64,000 bases of DNA, from contig CM035354.1 in the NCBI GenBank assembly GCA_020137815.1, forward strand, positions 6,758,001-6,822,000. Reading direction: 5' to 3'. Position 1 is the stretch's first letter. Each line of letters begins with the position of its first letter. This document shows, one piece after another, positions 63,964 to 64,000 of this stretch. A program made the position numbers and the translations under genes. The notes under the pieces are model-generated. The model saw nothing but the letters and a program-made list of their open reading frames with translations, did not search any database and was not told the DNA's origin. This DNA is from Hormiphora californensis. Its lineage: Eukaryota; Animalia; Ctenophora.

Positions 63964-64000
63964 CTGAAATGCACATGGTCATTGTCGAGAGGTACTGACT

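Overview
This is a gene-dense animal genomic window with short GT-AG introns, abundant (GA)n microsatellites and intronless GPCR genes nested in introns. The architecture suggests a ctenophore-type genome, but the taxon is an inference. Genes from left to right: LITAF-domain gene (-), REEP5/YOP1 (+), PCBP-like KH gene (-), R3HCC1-like (-), WASHC4 (-), papain-family protease with C-terminal ShKT-like domains (-), EFL1 (-, ~21 exons, three GPCRs in its introns), a CGCG-rich bidirectional promoter, then NDUFS8, NOL12, a stand-alone MTHFD1-type dehydrogenase/cyclohydrolase (with a fourth nested GPCR), TOPORS-like and ERGIC2 (all +). Main findings: (1) EFL1 intron 9 holds a nested structure in which an intact GPCR lies in a ~2.35-kb cassette with a Helitron-like 3' end, apparently inserted into a split MITE, suggesting a transposon route for nested intronic receptors; (2) two divergent, tightly packed co-directional gene trains with acceptor AGs just before the ATGs, consistent with operons and SL trans-splicing; (3) a 1.4-kb TA-flanked palindrome built from the left end of a mariner-like element; (4) candidate alternative targeting tails on the split MTHFD1. 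The region at ~20.8-23.2 kb looks like unpolished sequence. Exon coordinates were read by eye and may be off by a few bases.
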